Shown one piece after another: positions 8,784-17,722 of a DNA stretch of 64,000 bases. Location: assembly GCA_965237955.1 (NCBI GenBank), contig OZ250169.1, forward strand, positions 3,712,001-3,776,000, given 5' to 3'. The translations under genes were made by a program, and so were the position numbers. The notes below the pieces were generated by a model. The model did not search any database, was not told the DNA's origin, and was given only the letters and a program-made list of their open reading frames with translations. How positions within the stretch are numbered: position 1 is the stretch's first letter; each line of letters starts with the position of its first letter. The stretch is from Candidatus Marinacidobacterales bacterium (GTDB taxonomy: Bacteria; Acidobacteriota; Vicinamibacteria; Marinacidobacterales; SMYC01).

Positions 8784-11700
8784 CTATTGGCTCGATGTTG
8801 TGACTGGTCCCCGACCCGTGACCAGCCCGCGAAGGTTGCGCTCCTCGAGGGTCCGGTTGAATGCCGGAAGCTCGTTCTGCACGAGCCCCTGAAGCTCCTG
8901 CTGGTACTTCTGAAGTCGCTCCTCGAGCACCTGCTGGACCTCTCGCTGCTGGTCGGTCGGCGGAAAGTCATCCACCGCTACCCCGCGTGCCAGGTAACCG
9001 ATGTGGCTTGCCAGCCTGGTGGGCCAGCGGAGGGTGTCCGCGCCCGAGCCCGTAGTCTTCAATTGAATCAGCTTTTCCTCGAGAGTGATGAATCTGCCGG
9101 ACAGCTCATCGGCGTCCGAAACGATGGCCTCAGCATCACCGAGCCCAGTTAATACCTCCTTCAAATCCAAGAGCTGGCGGCGGATCCATTCGATGCGGTT
9201 GATGGCCTCGGCGGCCCTGTTTAGATCGTCCTGGAGCTCGCGCACCATGTCGGTTTGAACCCGGATGTCCTCCGCCGTCCCTTCGGTGTGCGGATCCTTG
9301 AGGACTTGGAGCTTCTGGCTGTACTCCTTGCCGCCCACCTGGAGGGTCACGGTATACGTGCCGGGGGGCTCCAGGACGGAGATCCGGCGGACCGAAGCGC
9401 GCCGCGTACGCTCGTCGCCGAGATCGACCCAGTCGGCATACAGCGGCTTCGTCCTGAGCTTGATCTGGGTCGAGGGCTCGCCCTCGAAGTCCCACCAGAC
9501 GCGGTTGATGCCGGTGTCCGTCGTGCCCTCGAGCGTTCTTACCGTCTCACCCGCGGCGTTCTTGATCTCGAGTTGAACACTCCTTTCAGGCGCTTCGGGC
9601 CCCTCCGGCTCTTTAGACAGCCAATAGTGAATGGAGGCTCCTTCCGGCGGCTCCTCCCCCGAGGCCGCGTCGTAGCGCATCCTCATGGAGCCTCCGGTGG
9701 TCGGCCGAAACCGGTAGGTCGGCCGCGGCTCGAAAAGGTGTGCTTCCGAGGACGCCACGTCCGAGGTGAGCTGTTGGAGCGGCGTGATGTCGTCCAGGAT
9801 CCAGAACCCCCGGCCGTAGGTACCGACCACGAGATCGTTGAAATGCTCCTGCACGACGAGCCCGTACACCGGCGTCGCGGGCAGGTTGCTTTGAAGCGAC
9901 TGCCAGCGCGCGCCGTCGTCGAACGAGACGTAGAGCGCATTCTCGGTACCCAGGTAGAGGAGCCCGGGCCGCACCGGATCCTCGTGGATGGAGCGGGTGT
10001 AGCTCAAGGGACTATCCGCGATGCCGTTCGTGATCTTTTCCCAGTCTTCTCCGTAGTTGTCGGTCTTGTACACGTGGGGCTCGAAGTTGCCCTGCTGGTG
10101 ATGCTCGATGGCAACATAGGCCTTCGCCGCATCCCACCTGGATGCGTCGATGCCCCGCACCACACCGTCCGGCGGCAGATCCGGAATGCGGCTCGTGACG
10201 TTCGTCCAGTTTTGACCGCCGTCACGACTCACCTGAACCAGTCCGTCGTTGGTCCCGGCCCAGAGCACGCCCTGTTCAACCGGCGACTCATCGAACGCGT
10301 AGATCACGCAACAGTACTCGACGCCGACGTTGTCCGGCGTCAGACCACCGGAGATACCCTGCCTCGACTTGTCGTTCGTGGTGAGGTCCGGACTGATGAC
10401 CTCCCAGCTCTGTCCGTCGTTTTGGGTTCGATGAACATGCTGGCTGGTGACGTAGACGGTTTTGTTGTCGTGGGGAGAGATGAGCAAGGGGAAGGTCCAT
10501 TGGAATCGGTACTTGAGCTCGGCGGCGGGCCACCCCGTGGTGCCCTGCGGCCAGACCTCCAAGTGACGGAACCGTCCGTTGGTCTCGTTGTAGCGGACCA
10601 CGATCCCGCCCTGGGCGCCGGAGCCGGAGGCACTCGACCAGACGATGTTCGGGTCGGTGGGATCCGGAGTCGCGAAACCGCTCTCACCACCGCCGACCCC
10701 ATGAAACACGAACCGGGGCATTTCCCGGCCACGAAACGTACGGTGGATCTCGCTTCTGCTGGGACCGCGCGACGACGCACCGTCCTGCCGGTTGCCCAGG
10801 ACGTTGTAGGGGATCGCAGTGTCCACGGTCACGTGGTACATCTGGGCGATGGGGAGCTGGACGATGTGCCAGGTCTTGGCCCGGTTCACCGTAACCGCCG
10901 TACCGTAGTCGTTGCCAATGATCATCCGGTCCCCGTTGGTCGGATCGATCCATATAGCGTGTTGATCGCCGCCAGGGCTCTGTTGCCCGCCGAGAGACGA
11001 GGCGGTTCGCCCGCCGTCCTTCGAGCGCATGACCGAGCCGGTCACGAATAAAGCCTCATCCGGGTCGTCCGGTGTCACGAAGCAGTGGTTGTAGTAGTGA
11101 GTCCGCCCACCCAGGTTGCGGTTGTGAGTGATGAGCTGCCAGTTCTTACCACCGTCGTCCGAGCGCCATAGCTCGCCGCTCTCGGTCTCCTGTCCATGGC
11201 TGGGCACGCCGTCGCCCGTCTCGATCAAGGCGTAGACCCGATCCGAGTCCGCGGGAGTCATGCAGAGGCCGACCTTTCCCACCGGCAGCTTTGGCAAACC
11301 GTTCCCCTCGAGCTTGGTCCAGGTGTCGCCGCCATCTCGCGACATGTGGATCCCGCTGCCGGGTCCGCCGCTCTCGCGGCCCCAGGTGTGGATCACGATC
11401 TGCCACATCCCCGCGAAGAGGATCCGAGGGTTGTTCGGATCCATCTCCAGGCTCGAGGCCCCCGTGTTCTCATCCACGAAGAGCACGTGCTCCCAGGTCT
11501 CACCGCCGTCCTCGGTGCGGAAGACTCCTCGCTCGGCCTGCGGGCCGTGCGAGTGTCCCAGCGCTGCCACATAGACGATGTCCGAGTTCTTCGGGTGGAT
11601 GACGATCCGCGAGGTGCGACTCGGCCCGGCGAGACCCATGTGGTGCCACGTTTCACCGCCGTCGGTGGACTTGTAGACGCCGGTGCCGAGGGAGACGTTC

Positions 11701-12071
11701 GAGCGGATGTGGGTCTCGCCCGTGCCCGCCCAGACGATATTGGGATCCGACGGCGCCACCGCGAGCGCCCCGATGGAGTGGTCGGGCTGGTCGTCGAAGA
11801 CGGGGCTCCAGTGTATGCCCCCGTCCTTCGACCTCCAGATGCCGCCTGAAGCGGCGCCGACGTAATAGGTCAGCGGATCTCCGGTCACACCCACCACGGA
11901 GGCCACCCGGTTCCCCACGGGGCCGATGTAGCGGTAACCGAGATTCTGATAGTGCTCGGGGGAAACCTCCAGTCGAGCTTGTGCGACGGTCGTCGCGGGC
12001 AGGGCCAGGAGGATCGAGAGCGTCGCGAGGGCGGCCACGTAATCCAACGGACGTCCGGGAAGGTTCGGCAT
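8784..12071 (-). CDS. BNR/VPS10-type secreted glycosyl hydrolase-like protein (1095 aa)
   Basis: Signal peptide, YRYIGPVGNR, multiple Asp-boxes, helical C-terminus. Confidence 0.88.
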   Translation of the reverse strand: MPNLPGRPLDYVAALATLSILLALPATTVAQARLEVSPEHYQNLGYRYIGPVGNRVASVVGVTGDPLTYYVGAASGGIWRSKDGGIHWSPVFDDQPDHSIGALAVAPSDPNIVWAGTGETHIRSNVSLGTGVYKSTDGGETWHHMGLAGPSRTSRIVIHPKNSDIVYVAALGHSHGPQAERGVFRTEDGGETWEHVLFVDENTGASSLEMDPNNPRILFAGMWQIVIHTWGRESGGPGSGIHMSRDGGDTWTKLEGNGLPKLPVGKVGLCMTPADSDRVYALIETGDGVPSHGQETESGELWRSDDGGKNWQLITHNRNLGGRTHYYNHCFVTPDDPDEALFVTGSVMRSKDGGRTASSLGGQQSPGGDQHAIWIDPTNGDRMIIGNDYGTAVTVNRAKTWHIVQLPIAQMYHVTVDTAIPYNVLGNRQDGASSRGPSRSEIHRTFRGREMPRFVFHGVGGGESGFATPDPTDPNIVWSSASGSGAQGGIVVRYNETNGRFRHLEVWPQGTTGWPAAELKYRFQWTFPLLISPHDNKTVYVTSQHVHRTQNDGQSWEVISPDLTTNDKSRQGISGGLTPDNVGVEYCCVIYAFDESPVEQGVLWAGTNDGLVQVSRDGGQNWTNVTSRIPDLPPDGVVRGIDASRWDAAKAYVAIEHHQQGNFEPHVYKTDNYGEDWEKITNGIADSPLSYTRSIHEDPVRPGLLYLGTENALYVSFDDGARWQSLQSNLPATPVYGLVVQEHFNDLVVGTYGRGFWILDDITPLQQLTSDVASSEAHLFEPRPTYRFRPTTGGSMRMRYDAASGEEPPEGASIHYWLSKEPEGPEAPERSVQLEIKNAAGETVRTLEGTTDTGINRVWWDFEGEPSTQIKLRTKPLYADWVDLGDERTRRASVRRISVLEPPGTYTVTLQVGGKEYSQKLQVLKDPHTEGTAEDIRVQTDMVRELQDDLNRAAEAINRIEWIRRQLLDLKEVLTGLGDAEAIVSDADELSGRFITLEEKLIQLKTTGSGADTLRWPTRLASHIGYLARGVAVDDFPPTDQQREVQQVLEERLQKYQQELQGLVQNELPAFNRTLEERNLRGLVTGRGPVTTSSQ

Positions 12072-12428
12072 GGTAACGCCTCCAATTCGTAGTTGGTAAG
12101 AAACTCCATCACCGCGCGCTCACACTTCGTTCACGCGCTCGTTCGGCCATCAACCGGGCTCGCTCCCGGATAACCGGCGAGGAAGTTTAATCCGGGTAGC
12201 TCGGGTGCGCCACCGGAGTCCGGCCAATGGCCGCTTTGTCCGTAGCGCATCGCAATCGCTCGGGCTCATGCCCCGAATGGAACCATTCAGCTTCTTGCCG
12301 GCGTTCATTGTAACACCGCGGGCATATCCATCGACACAGCAGAACATGATTGCACGTGACTCCGGTTGGCGGTCGAACGAAAAGAAGATGGATGAAAGCG
12401 AAGAGGACCCTAACTGAAACTCGACGAT

Positions 12429-12458
12429 TTGTCCTAGACTGTAATAGGGCCGTATAAT
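12429..12458 (+). promoter_or_regulatory. Putative sigma70 promoter of the flavoprotein/Mo-hydroxylase operon
   Basis: TTGTCC-N18-TATAAT (perfect -10) about 125 bp upstream of ATG 12585. Confidence 0.55.
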
Positions 12459-12470
12459 CAAACCGCCCTC

Positions 12471-12546
12471 GAAGAAGCTGGGAGGCTCCAGTGCAGGTCC
12501 CTTTTAGTGAAGAAGCTGGGAGGCTCCAGTGCAGGTCCCTCATAGT
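12471..12546 (+). repeat. Tandem 38-bp direct repeat (32-bp identical core) in the operon leader
   Basis: GAAGAAGCTGGGAGGCTCCAGTGCAGGTCCCT at 12471-12502 and 12509-12540, followed by TTTAGT and CATAGT respectively. Confidence 0.95.
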
Positions 12547-12584
12547 ATTGACTACAAACAGCGAGAGGACCAGGAGTCGTTCGT

Positions 12585-14363
12585 ATGAAGTTTGAAGTGG
12601 TGGCATCAGACGTCGTTGTGATTGGCGCAGGTGGAGCGGGAATGCGCGCAGCGATCGCGGCTGCCGAGGCAGGTGCAAAGGTGGTGTTGTTGACCAAGGG
12701 TCAAGCCGCGCGCAGCGGCGCCACGCCCATGGCCTGCCCTTCCTATCAAGCGGCTTTTGCGATGGAGGACGATAGGGACAGCTCCGAGATTGCCTTCGAG
12801 GATACTTGCTACGAAGGACGTTATCTCGGCGACGAGAACCTAATCAAGGTCCTGACATCTGAGTCGACGGAACGCGCCATGGACATGTACCGCTATGGGG
12901 TCAAGTTCCGCGAGAACGAGCGAGGAAAGTTTCTTCAGGTCGTTCATCCTGGTCATTCGTTTGAACGAAATCTGGTCATCTTAGGGGATGGGTATGCGAT
13001 GGCCGCCGGTCTACGCCGAGAGGTCATCAAGCAAGAAAACGTTCAGCTCGTCGAAGATGTCGTTGCCACACTGCTCCTGAAAGACGGCGACCGGATGGCT
13101 GGGCTCGTAGCGCTGGACATGCGGAAAGGCCATCCGGTTGTGTTTGAAGCTCCCTCGGTGATCCTCGCCACCGGCGGCTATCCGGAACTCTGGCGGTGGA
13201 CCGATACCGAGCCCGGGCTGACCGGCGAAGGCGTGTACCTGATGTACGAGGCCGGTGCAGACCTCGTTGATCTCGAAATGATGCTTTTCTACCCCACCGG
13301 TCTCTGCTGGCCGTCTGAGGTGGAGGGGACGCTGGTGCAGTACGAGGGGCTGCTTACCGAGAAATACTGCAATGCCAAGATGCTCAATGGCCTCGGTGAA
13401 CCCTTCCTACCGAAGACCGATCGTCTCCCGGTGCGCGACATCATGATGAAGCTGATGTTCAAGGAAATTGAAGAAGGTCGGGGCACGCCTCACGGCGGCG
13501 TGTACGTGGATCTGCGCAAGTCACCCAACTCGCCCGAAAAGGTGATGGAGATTCTCCACCGGCTCGACTCCCTGCCTTACAAAGAGCTGGAACTTCTAGG
13601 TATCAACGTGCTCGAGCAGCCCATCGAGGTGATGCCCGTGACCCACTACACCCTTGGTGGGGCGCGCATCAACGAGTGGGCGGAAACGAATGTTCCTGGC
13701 TTGTATGCCGCTGGCGAGGTCGCGGGCAATGTGCACGGCGCCAACCGAACCAGTGGCAACGCCCTTGCCGAGACGCAGGTTTTCGGGCGCCGGGCCGGTA
13801 TCCGGGCAGCAGAATATGCGCGCGAGAGCCCAGCGCTCGAAAATGACGAAGCCACGATTGCCGCGGAATTTGAACGCATCTACGATTTGCGCAAGGAGCG
13901 CGGAAACGGCATACGACCCATCGATTTCAAGCGCAAGGTCAAGGCGATCATGCACCAGTACGTGCACTATCGTCGCAATGCCGAAGGCCTATCGACCGCC
14001 ATGGCGGAGCTCGGCGGTCTGCGTGAAGAACAGGCGCAGCGTGTCCAGGCGGCCGCTGGACCAGCAACGTACAACTATGAGTGGGAAGAGGCGCTCGAGA
14101 CCCACGCTATTGTGCGACTTGCGGAAATGACCGCCGCCTCAGCCCTGGCTCGCGAAGAAAGCCGCGGCCATCACTGGCGAACAGACTTTCCTGAAATGCG
14201 ACCCGAATGGGCAAAGCATACAATTGTGAAGCGAACCGACGAGGAAGCGTACAACGTGACAGATGCTCCGGTGGTCCGCCTGAAGGATCGCACGAGGGAG
14301 AGAAGGCGAGCAGACCCCGCATTGATTGAAGCAGGGGTCTTGGAAGGTTATGATGCGGTGTAG
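12585..14363 (+). CDS. FAD-dependent oxidoreductase of the SdhA/FrdA/TfrA/NadB family, atypical active site
   Basis: GAGGAG, ATGG, HYTLGG, GLYAAGE, HGANR and RE.SRG.H motifs; RSGA replaces RSH; FYPT replaces FHPT. Confidence 0.88.
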   Translation: MKFEVVASDVVVIGAGGAGMRAAIAAAEAGAKVVLLTKGQAARSGATPMACPSYQAAFAMEDDRDSSEIAFEDTCYEGRYLGDENLIKVLTSESTERAMDMYRYGVKFRENERGKFLQVVHPGHSFERNLVILGDGYAMAAGLRREVIKQENVQLVEDVVATLLLKDGDRMAGLVALDMRKGHPVVFEAPSVILATGGYPELWRWTDTEPGLTGEGVYLMYEAGADLVDLEMMLFYPTGLCWPSEVEGTLVQYEGLLTEKYCNAKMLNGLGEPFLPKTDRLPVRDIMMKLMFKEIEEGRGTPHGGVYVDLRKSPNSPEKVMEILHRLDSLPYKELELLGINVLEQPIEVMPVTHYTLGGARINEWAETNVPGLYAAGEVAGNVHGANRTSGNALAETQVFGRRAGIRAAEYARESPALENDEATIAAEFERIYDLRKERGNGIRPIDFKRKVKAIMHQYVHYRRNAEGLSTAMAELGGLREEQAQRVQAAAGPATYNYEWEEALETHAIVRLAEMTAASALAREESRGHHWRTDFPEMRPEWAKHTIVKRTDEEAYNVTDAPVVRLKDRTRERRRADPALIEAGVLEGYDAV

Positions 14364-14371
14364 GGAAGATC

Positions 14372-14746
14372 ATGTCACACATTCTTGTGATCGAGGAAAC
14401 GGAACCCGTAGAGATCGGGGAGCCCATCACCGCCGACGTATACCGTTTCGACCCGTCGAGCGACATCGAGCCGCGGGTGGAGCGCTACACGGTTCCTTAC
14501 CACCACCGGATGAGTGTGTTCACTTTGCTGCGTGAGATCTATGCGCGCCAAGATCAAACGCTTGCTTTCCGCAACCAACAATGTGGGCGGGGGATCTGCG
14601 GCACGTGCCGGGTGCGGCTTCAGATCAATGGCGGCGAGGAGAAATCCCTCAAGGGATGCACCATTCCGCTCGAGCCGGGTTCGCATGTCGTCATCAAACC
14701 CTATAAGGAGAACAGAGTCATCCGCGATCTCGTGGTGGATTTTTGA
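14372..14746 (+). CDS. 2Fe-2S protein equivalent to only the N-terminal domain of SdhB/FrdB
   Basis: VYRFDP, CGRGICGTC...C and VIRDLVVD followed by a stop; no 4Fe-4S/3Fe-4S domain. Confidence 0.85.
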   Translation: MSHILVIEETEPVEIGEPITADVYRFDPSSDIEPRVERYTVPYHHRMSVFTLLREIYARQDQTLAFRNQQCGRGICGTCRVRLQINGGEEKSLKGCTIPLEPGSHVVIKPYKENRVIRDLVVDF

Positions 14747-14788
14747 GAGGCTCAGGGGTCCACATCGTAGAATGATCCAATGAACCAC

Positions 14789-14930
14789 TAGCAGGGTGCT
14801 GAAAAAGCGTTCTGCACCCTGCGCGGGCGAGTTGCAAAAAGACGCGCGCCCGGCCCGAATGGGCCGTCAAAGGCCCGAGCGAGGAGCAAGGGAGCCGAAG
14901 AGACCGAGCACTGGAGTGAACCAGTAACGG
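14789..14930. repeat. REP/MITE-like structured intergenic element
   Basis: TAGCAGGGTGCTGAAAAAGCGTTCTGCACCCTGC hairpin plus further small palindromes; related inverted copy at 37306-37339. Confidence 0.55.
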
Positions 14931-14961
14931 GGGACGAGGGCCAAAGAAGAGGTTGTGGTTC

Positions 14962-15849
14962 ATGCTATATCAGACTTACTACGCACCAGAGACGGTCGAG
15001 GAGGCGCTCACCCACCTGGCACAAGCCAACGGTAACACGGTGAAGCTCATAGCTGGCGGCACCGACCTCATGGTCCAGCTGCGTGAACGTATGGTGCATG
15101 CGGACACGCTGGTGGATGTGAGCGGAATTGCCGAGCTGGGGCGGATTTGGGTGGATGAGCATCGGCTTCACATCGGCGCTACCGTCACCTACACGCAGCT
15201 CATCGAGTCAGAACTGGTCCATGAGTACGCCTATTTGCTTGCAGAAGCCAGTCGGGTCATTGGCGCGCCGCAGATCCAGCACATGGGAACGATTGGTGGG
15301 AACCTGGGTAACGCCTCGCCTGCGGGCGACACATTACCCTGCTTGTACGCTCTCGAGGCCGAGGTAACGCTGGCGGGCCTCGAGGGTGAGCGGCAACTGG
15401 CCATGTCCGACTACATGCTGGGCGTGCGTAAGACAGCGATGCAGCCAAGTGAGCTCATTACAGAGGTGTCTTTCGACATCCCGCGGGGAAATGCTGGAAG
15501 CGCTTTCGCCAAATTGGGACTGCGGCGTGCCCAGGCAATCTCCGTCGTCGATGTCGCGGCACTCGTGTTCCTCGATGATGACCGCATCTCGAACGTGCGT
15601 GTTGCTCTGGGCTCTGTGGCCCCGACCATTGTGCGCGCTCGGGCGGTGGAGCAGATGCTGATGGGGCAGATACCATCGGATGACCTACTCGATCGAGCTG
15701 CCGAGGCCGCCCGGCAGGATATCAGCCCCATAACGGACATCCGGGGCAGCTTCGCTTATCGGCTCTACATAACCAAGCCGTTGGTCAGGCAGGCGGTAGA
15801 AACTGCGTTGAAACGAGCAGGAGCGCCAGGGCAACGCGAGGAAAACTAA
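14962..15849 (+). CDS. Molybdenum hydroxylase FAD-binding (medium) subunit
   Basis: AGGTDL, GTIGGNL.NASP.GD and PITDIRGS motifs (CoxM/XdhB/NdhF type). Confidence 0.92.
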   Translation: MLYQTYYAPETVEEALTHLAQANGNTVKLIAGGTDLMVQLRERMVHADTLVDVSGIAELGRIWVDEHRLHIGATVTYTQLIESELVHEYAYLLAEASRVIGAPQIQHMGTIGGNLGNASPAGDTLPCLYALEAEVTLAGLEGERQLAMSDYMLGVRKTAMQPSELITEVSFDIPRGNAGSAFAKLGLRRAQAISVVDVAALVFLDDDRISNVRVALGSVAPTIVRARAVEQMLMGQIPSDDLLDRAAEAARQDISPITDIRGSFAYRLYITKPLVRQAVETALKRAGAPGQREEN

Positions 15850-15852
15850 CCC

Positions 15853-16413
15853 ATGGCAAACTTCGTCGAGAAGATTGGCGAGAAGCAAGTGTTGATGGAG
15901 GTCACCATTAATGGGGAGCCCGTCTCCAAGGTCGTGAGAGCAGGGCGTCGCCTGATTGATTTCCTGCGAGATGATCTCCACCTGTACGGCACGAAAGAGG
16001 GATGCGGCGAGGGTGAGTGCGGAAGCTGTACCGTTTTCTTGAATGGAACAGCAATTCTCTCTTGTCTCGTGCCTGTGGAAAGAGCTCATGGTGGCGAGGT
16101 ACTGACCATCGAGGGAATCGGTACGTCAGTGAACCTACATCCTCTGCAGCGGGCGATGCTCGAAGAGGGTGGCATACAGTGCGGTATATGCACGCCGGGA
16201 ATGGTGATGGCTGGTATCGATCTGCTCCAGCGTAACCCTGAACCAACGAGGGAAGAGTGTATCGAGGGCATTACCGGCAACCTGTGCCGGTGTACGGGCT
16301 ACCAGAAGATCGTCTCAGCGGTCCAGCGTGCAGCCAGGGACACGCTGTGGCACCGGGATCAGCGCCACGAATATCGGAGGGAACCGAATGAGAGACTCAC
16401 CCGTCGAAGTTGA
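15853..16413 (+). CDS. Molybdenum hydroxylase 2x[2Fe-2S] (small) subunit
   Basis: GTKEGCGEGECGSC, QCGICTPG and NLCRCTGY. Confidence 0.95.
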   Translation: MANFVEKIGEKQVLMEVTINGEPVSKVVRAGRRLIDFLRDDLHLYGTKEGCGEGECGSCTVFLNGTAILSCLVPVERAHGGEVLTIEGIGTSVNLHPLQRAMLEEGGIQCGICTPGMVMAGIDLLQRNPEPTREECIEGITGNLCRCTGYQKIVSAVQRAARDTLWHRDQRHEYRREPNERLTRRS

Positions 16414-17722
16414 TGTTAAGCACAAGCTGATCCAGGAAGAAAAAGACATCATCGGCGAATCGGTCGTCCGGGAAGACGCCGTGCCGAAGGTGACGGGGAA
16501 AGCCATTTACGGCGCCGACCTCTACAAGCCAGGGATGCTCCACGCCAAAGTGCTCTTGAGCACAGAGGCCCACGCCCTGGTCAAGCACATTGACACCCGC
16601 GAAGCTGAACAGATGGACGGTGTCCACGCCGTCCTCACGGCCAAGGATATCCCCGGTGCCAACGTCTACGGCATTGCCATCCCTGACCAGCAGGTGCTGG
16701 CAGAAGAAAAGGTCCGCTTTTTTGGGGAGCCGGTGGCGCTCGTAGCCGCCGAAGAGCCCGACCTCGCAGAGGAGGCGATAGACAAGATTCAGGTTGAATA
16801 TGAACCGCTGCCCCCAGTGTTCGATCCCATCTCGGCACTTGAGCCTCAAGCGCCCCAGGTGCAGCCAAACGGAAATCTCATTCTACACACTCGCGTGCGC
16901 AAGGGCGACTTCGAAAAGGGTTTCGAGGAAGCGGATGTTGTTATTGAAGACCTGTTCCGCACCCACGGACAAGATCATGCGCCCATAGAGCCTGAGGCGG
17001 GCATCGCATGGATTGACGAAAATGGAATCTTGGTCATATTCTCCTCATCCCAATATATCTTTCGCGACCGCCGCCAAGTAGCGCACGTACTCAAGCTGCC
17101 AGCTAACCGAATCAGAAACATCGCGAGCGAGATGGGTGGCGGATTCGGTCGCAAGGATGATGTCACGGTCGAAATTTTGGTCGCGCTTCTCGCGTGGGCG
17201 ACCGGGCGACCGGTTCGCCTTGCTTACACGCGGCATGAATCCATGCTTACCCAGACTCACCGTCATCCCACCGTTGTCCGGGCACGTGCCGGCGCGACGC
17301 GGGATGGGAAACTGACGGCACTCGAGGGTGTCATCTACGGGGATTCTGGCGCCTACGCATCGTTGGGAATCTACGTGATCAAGAAGATGGCCCTTCATCT
17401 TGGTGGGCCGTACTACTGGCCGAACTATAAGACGGACAGTTTCTCTGTTTACACCAACAATCCCATTGGCGGTCCCTTCCGCGGATTCGGCGTTCTTCAG
17501 TGTGCAGTCGTTCACGAGAGTCTGCTCGATCGGCTTGCCGAGACGATCGGCATGGATCCTATTGAATTCCGCTTGAACAATTGCCTGCGCGAGGGGCTTA
17601 CCTTCAGCACCGGCCAGGTCATGACAGAAGCGGCCGGCATTGCCGCTACCCTGGAAAAACTGAAAGAGTACATGGCCGATGAAGACTTGAGCTTCAACCG
17701 TCATTCGGAGGTGACCGCGTGA
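16388..17722 (+). CDS. Molybdenum hydroxylase Mo-binding subunit, N-terminal half (NdhL-like)
   Basis: KVTG.A.Y..D, GGGFGRK and FRGFG motifs; ATG at 16388 overlaps the small-subunit gene end. Confidence 0.9.
   Translation: MRDSPVEVDVKHKLIQEEKDIIGESVVREDAVPKVTGKAIYGADLYKPGMLHAKVLLSTEAHALVKHIDTREAEQMDGVHAVLTAKDIPGANVYGIAIPDQQVLAEEKVRFFGEPVALVAAEEPDLAEEAIDKIQVEYEPLPPVFDPISALEPQAPQVQPNGNLILHTRVRKGDFEKGFEEADVVIEDLFRTHGQDHAPIEPEAGIAWIDENGILVIFSSSQYIFRDRRQVAHVLKLPANRIRNIASEMGGGFGRKDDVTVEILVALLAWATGRPVRLAYTRHESMLTQTHRHPTVVRARAGATRDGKLTALEGVIYGDSGAYASLGIYVIKKMALHLGGPYYWPNYKTDSFSVYTNNPIGGPFRGFGVLQCAVVHESLLDRLAETIGMDPIEFRLNNCLREGLTFSTGQVMTEAAGIAATLEKLKEYMADEDLSFNRHSEVTA

Noticed and set aside
3683-11051. 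Long plus-strand ORFs (3683-4870, 5189-6715, 7577-8485, 9255-11051)
   Set aside because: Antisense shadows of GC-rich minus-strand genes with no recognisable motifs; the same applies to most short ORFs in the track
12471-12540. Mini CRISPR (two 32-bp repeats)
   Set aside because: The gap is only 6 bp and is itself part of a 38-bp tandem unit; no cas genes
12585-14746. Canonical sdhAB/frdAB or nadB call
   Set aside because: Key His residues are missing, the B subunit is truncated, and there are no anchor or nadA/nadC genes
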